A stretch of DNA of 64,000 nucleotides from the human T2T-CHM13v2.0 reference genome, Homo sapiens. The DNA lies in the NCBI RefSeq assembly GCF_009914755.1, contig NC_060929.1; one strand, given 5' to 3'. The first letter of the stretch is position 1, and every line of letters starts with the position of its first letter. The notes beneath the pieces were generated by a model. That model saw nothing but the letters and a program-made list of their open reading frames with translations, searched no databases and was not told where the DNA came from. Shown here piece by piece: positions 59,976-64,000 of this stretch. The position numbers were made by a program, and so were the translations under genes.

Positions 59976-60420
59976 ATATAGAATCAGGATTCTTTATCTA
60001 GGGGTCTTATTCTAGAGTCTAGAAGTCAATGGATGTGCCCCTCCGAAAACTTGTGCAAAGCCTTGTGTAAATGTGCATTTTCTGGTAGAGAAGATCTGTG
60101 ATTTTAATCTGATTCTCAAATTCCTCAAAGGTGACAAATCACAAAACTTCTGTCCTTGCCCTGGTCCATACCCAGAATGTCTTCCCCAGTGATTTTTGGA
60201 ACCATATCCCTTACCTTCAATGAAAACCTAGTTAGCATTACTGTGTAAATGTGAACAGATAAAAAGCGTGACCATCATTCTTTTTTTTTAAATTATACTT
60301 TAAGTTCTGGGATACATATACAGAATGTGCAGGTTTGTTACATAGGTATACACGTGCCATGGTGGTTTGCTGCACCCATCAACCCATCATCTACATTAGG
60401 TATTTTGGTATTTCTCCTAA

Positions 60421-60915
<495 letters not shown>

Positions 60916-61065
60916 AAACTCATCCTTTTTTATGGCTGCATAGTATTCCATGGTATATATGTGCCACATTTTTTTATTCAGTATCATTGATGGGCATTTG
61001 GGTTGGTTCCAACTCTTTGCTATTGTGAACATGGCTGCAATAAACACATGTGTACCTCTGTCTTT

Positions 61066-61419
61066 TTTTTTATTTTTTTTGGAAGTTTTTATTATTATTA
61101 TTATTATACTTTAAGTTTTAGGGTACATGTGCACAATGTGCAGGTTAGTTACGTATGTATACATGTGCCATGCTGGTGTGCTGCACCCACTAACTCGTCA
61201 TCTAGCATTAGGTATATCTCCCAATGCTATCCCTCCCCCCTCCCCCGACCCCACAACAGTCCCCAGAGTGTGATGTTCCCCTTCCTGTGTCCATGTGTTC
61301 TCATTGTTCAATTCCCACCTATGAGTGAGAATCTGCGGTGTTTGGTTTTTTGTTCTTGCGATAGTTTACTGAGAATGATGATTTCCAATTTCATCCATGT
61401 CCCTACAAAGGACATGAAC
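61066..61419 (-). mobile_element. L1PA2-like 3' fragment inside L1PA7
   Basis: ccactaactcgtcatctagcattaggtatatctccc and ttttgttcttgcgatag resemble L1PA2; 12-bp TSD acctctgtcttt at 61054-61065 and 61420-61431. Confidence 0.92.
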
Positions 61420-62088
61420 ACCTCTGTCTTTATAGTAGAATGATTTATAATCATTTGGGTGTATACCTAGTAATGGGATTGCTGGGTCAAATGGTATTTC
61501 TGGTTCTAGATTGTTGGGGATGTTATAAGATAGACAGTGTTTTTGTGGAAATATTTAACCTCTTGTGGTCTTCCACAAAAAGACCATCTGTCTTATAACA
61601 ACCCCTTTCACTCTCAACTGTGTCCTGGTCCTGGTTTGAATGATAAGTTGCAAAGTAACGATTCAGATGTATTATGTCCACTTCAAGTCTCCATGATTTC
61701 AGGAATTCCTCACTGCTGAGGCATAAACTCTGTGTTTCAAAAATAAATTCTTTCATGAAAATATACAAATATACAGAACCCCTTCGTTGCTTACTACCAC
61801 CTCAGGCTATGCAATCCTTTTGGGGTATAGAAGGAGAAAAGACTGTATGACAAGTGCCACAATTATGTTAAATATTTTACTCAGGATATCTTTATGTACT
61901 AAAAACAGATAACATTTAGAAATCTCATTATGGATACAAAACACTTGCCAAATTAGGGTGTGTTCTCATCACAATCTGTGGCCTATATAGCTAAAAAAGT
62001 CCCATAAAATATTCAAAATATATGTAAAGTCTGGTCCCAAGAGAGTCACGTTTTATATATTTTACTTTGTTGTTATGAGGCTGGTGTT

Positions 62089-62092
<4 letters not shown>

Positions 62093-62132
<40 letters not shown>
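62093..62132 (+). repeat. (TG)20 microsatellite
   Basis: Uninterrupted TG run. Confidence 0.98.
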
Positions 62133-62133
<1 letters not shown>

Positions 62134-62629
62134 TATATTTATCTAGCACTTGTTTCTGGGGAAGTCACTTAACATTTCTCCAAATCCAGGAAAATAATTC
62201 TGTAAAATGTGGTAACTGTAATCAGTTTACTCTAAAGTGCCTTCCAATCTAGAATTCCATGCTTGTTCATTAATTCATCCATTCACTCATTCACTCAGTG
62301 ATCTCTTCAAACTACTAGAGCAACTGCTCTCACGTAGGCTCTCTGCATGGCACTGTAGGTACAGAAATGAGAATTACCCTTTTAGACCCCAAGAATTTCA
62401 GGGCCCAGTAGGCAAAGTTGATATCCAGGTTGCCATGGGTGTATGGAGCTGAATCCCTAGCATAGCTGGAGGAAAAAGAGAAGATAGGTGATGCAGATAT
62501 GGAGAGGAAGATATGTTCATTTACTATTTGAATATAATTCAGTAACGAATTCCTCTGGAAATGTGATAGATCCTCCTCTAGATATAAACTCTGTTCTGGC
62601 AGGAAATCACCTCTTCCTTTTGGATCTCT

Positions 62630-63140
62630 GGTATTAAGAGTGGTAGAGTGGGGTGACTAATGACAGAGGCTTTGCTATTAGCTCTGGGTTTGAATCTCAG
62701 CTTTAGGGCTTACTATAACGTTTTAGGTAAGAACGATCACTACCTTGAGGTTCTAAGTTTCCTCATCTGTGGACTGGGAATAGTAATATAATTATTGGTA
62801 ATTATTTTAAAGGGTTATTTAAATTGATTGAAGAAAATGATGTGTGAAAATCACCTGGCACCTAGTAAGTACTCCTTAAAAGTTAGTTTAGGGTGTTGGT
62901 GGATGTGGTTGTCATAATTGAAAGAGCATAGGCAGTACCGTCTGACACACTTGAGCTGAAACCCAAGCCCTGCCACTGGCTAGGGGTATGATAGCAGGCA
63001 AATGACTTCATCAGCCCAGCCTCAGCTTCCTTATCAGTGTAATGAGAATAATAATACACACCACGGAGAGTTCTTGCAATGATTTAAGAAGATGGTGTAT
63101 GTAAAGTGATTGGCACATAATAACAGCTACTTTGGAAGTC
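62630..63140 (+). mobile_element. Two tandem MIRs
   Basis: ctgggtttgaatctcagct...gtttcctcatctgt and ccctgccact...cctcagcttccttatc...gtaaagtg. Confidence 0.75.
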
Positions 63141-63254
63141 ATTTCTCTTTCCCTAAGTTCTTTCCATTTGTTTTACGTTGTTCCTCCACTGAAAACTTCT
63201 ATACGGCCTCTCATTTGGCCACTCATTTGTTCTTTGAAGAAAATGGTTTTATAT

Positions 63255-63593
<339 letters not shown>

Positions 63594-64000
63594 TCAGGGA
63601 GGCAAGGACCAATATTGTATCTGATTTATCTCATCACCGTCCTTCTGCTTATGGTGGCCCCATTTTAGTGACTGGAGCTCTCTAACCAGGCATAGATGCT
63701 CTCTGCACCTGCCTCTTACTGTTTTTTTTTGTGACAGATTCTCCCCTAGGATATGAATATGTGATAAGTTCAAATGATCTCTGCTCCAGGAACATCAGAG
63801 TCAAACTGGAAAGGAGGGAGTTTTCAGGGAGAACAATTGCCTCTGGAGAGGATGGGTGCTGGAGTGTAGGAAATTGGTGCTAAATCGCCTAGTCTCATTT
63901 CATTCTCATCTCACATGTGTATGTCAGGATCTGTGTCCCCAGTGTGACACCTCCCAGAGATCAACAGTTACTGCTGGGAGAGCCACTGTCTTTTCCCTTG

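Overview
Primate (most likely human) genomic DNA, AT-rich and CpG-depleted, reading as intronic or intergenic. I find no recognisable protein-coding gene, RNA gene or CpG island, and I cannot name the locus. The long ORFs with recognisable products come from L1 ORF2 or Alu. The window is a layered record of transposons: 13 Alus, several L1 fragments (including a 3.3-kb 5'-inverted L1PA3-like copy with a 16-bp target-site duplication, TSD), MaLR/ERVL solo LTRs, hAT-Charlie MITEs and many MIR/L2/L3 relics, often nested. I see no convincing new biological system. The most notable unexplained structures are: a ~286-bp non-tandem direct duplication of apparently unique DNA (18874-19159 / 20523-20809); a 35-bp-arm inverted repeat exactly at an L1 5' junction (61516-61605); a TAAT-rich palindrome in repeat-free sequence (~21850-21980); two well-formed candidate + strand exons (8415-8525, 47943-48070); and several motif clusters that could be enhancers. 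Repeat subfamily calls were made by eye from remembered consensus sequences, and boundaries of the old repeats are approximate.
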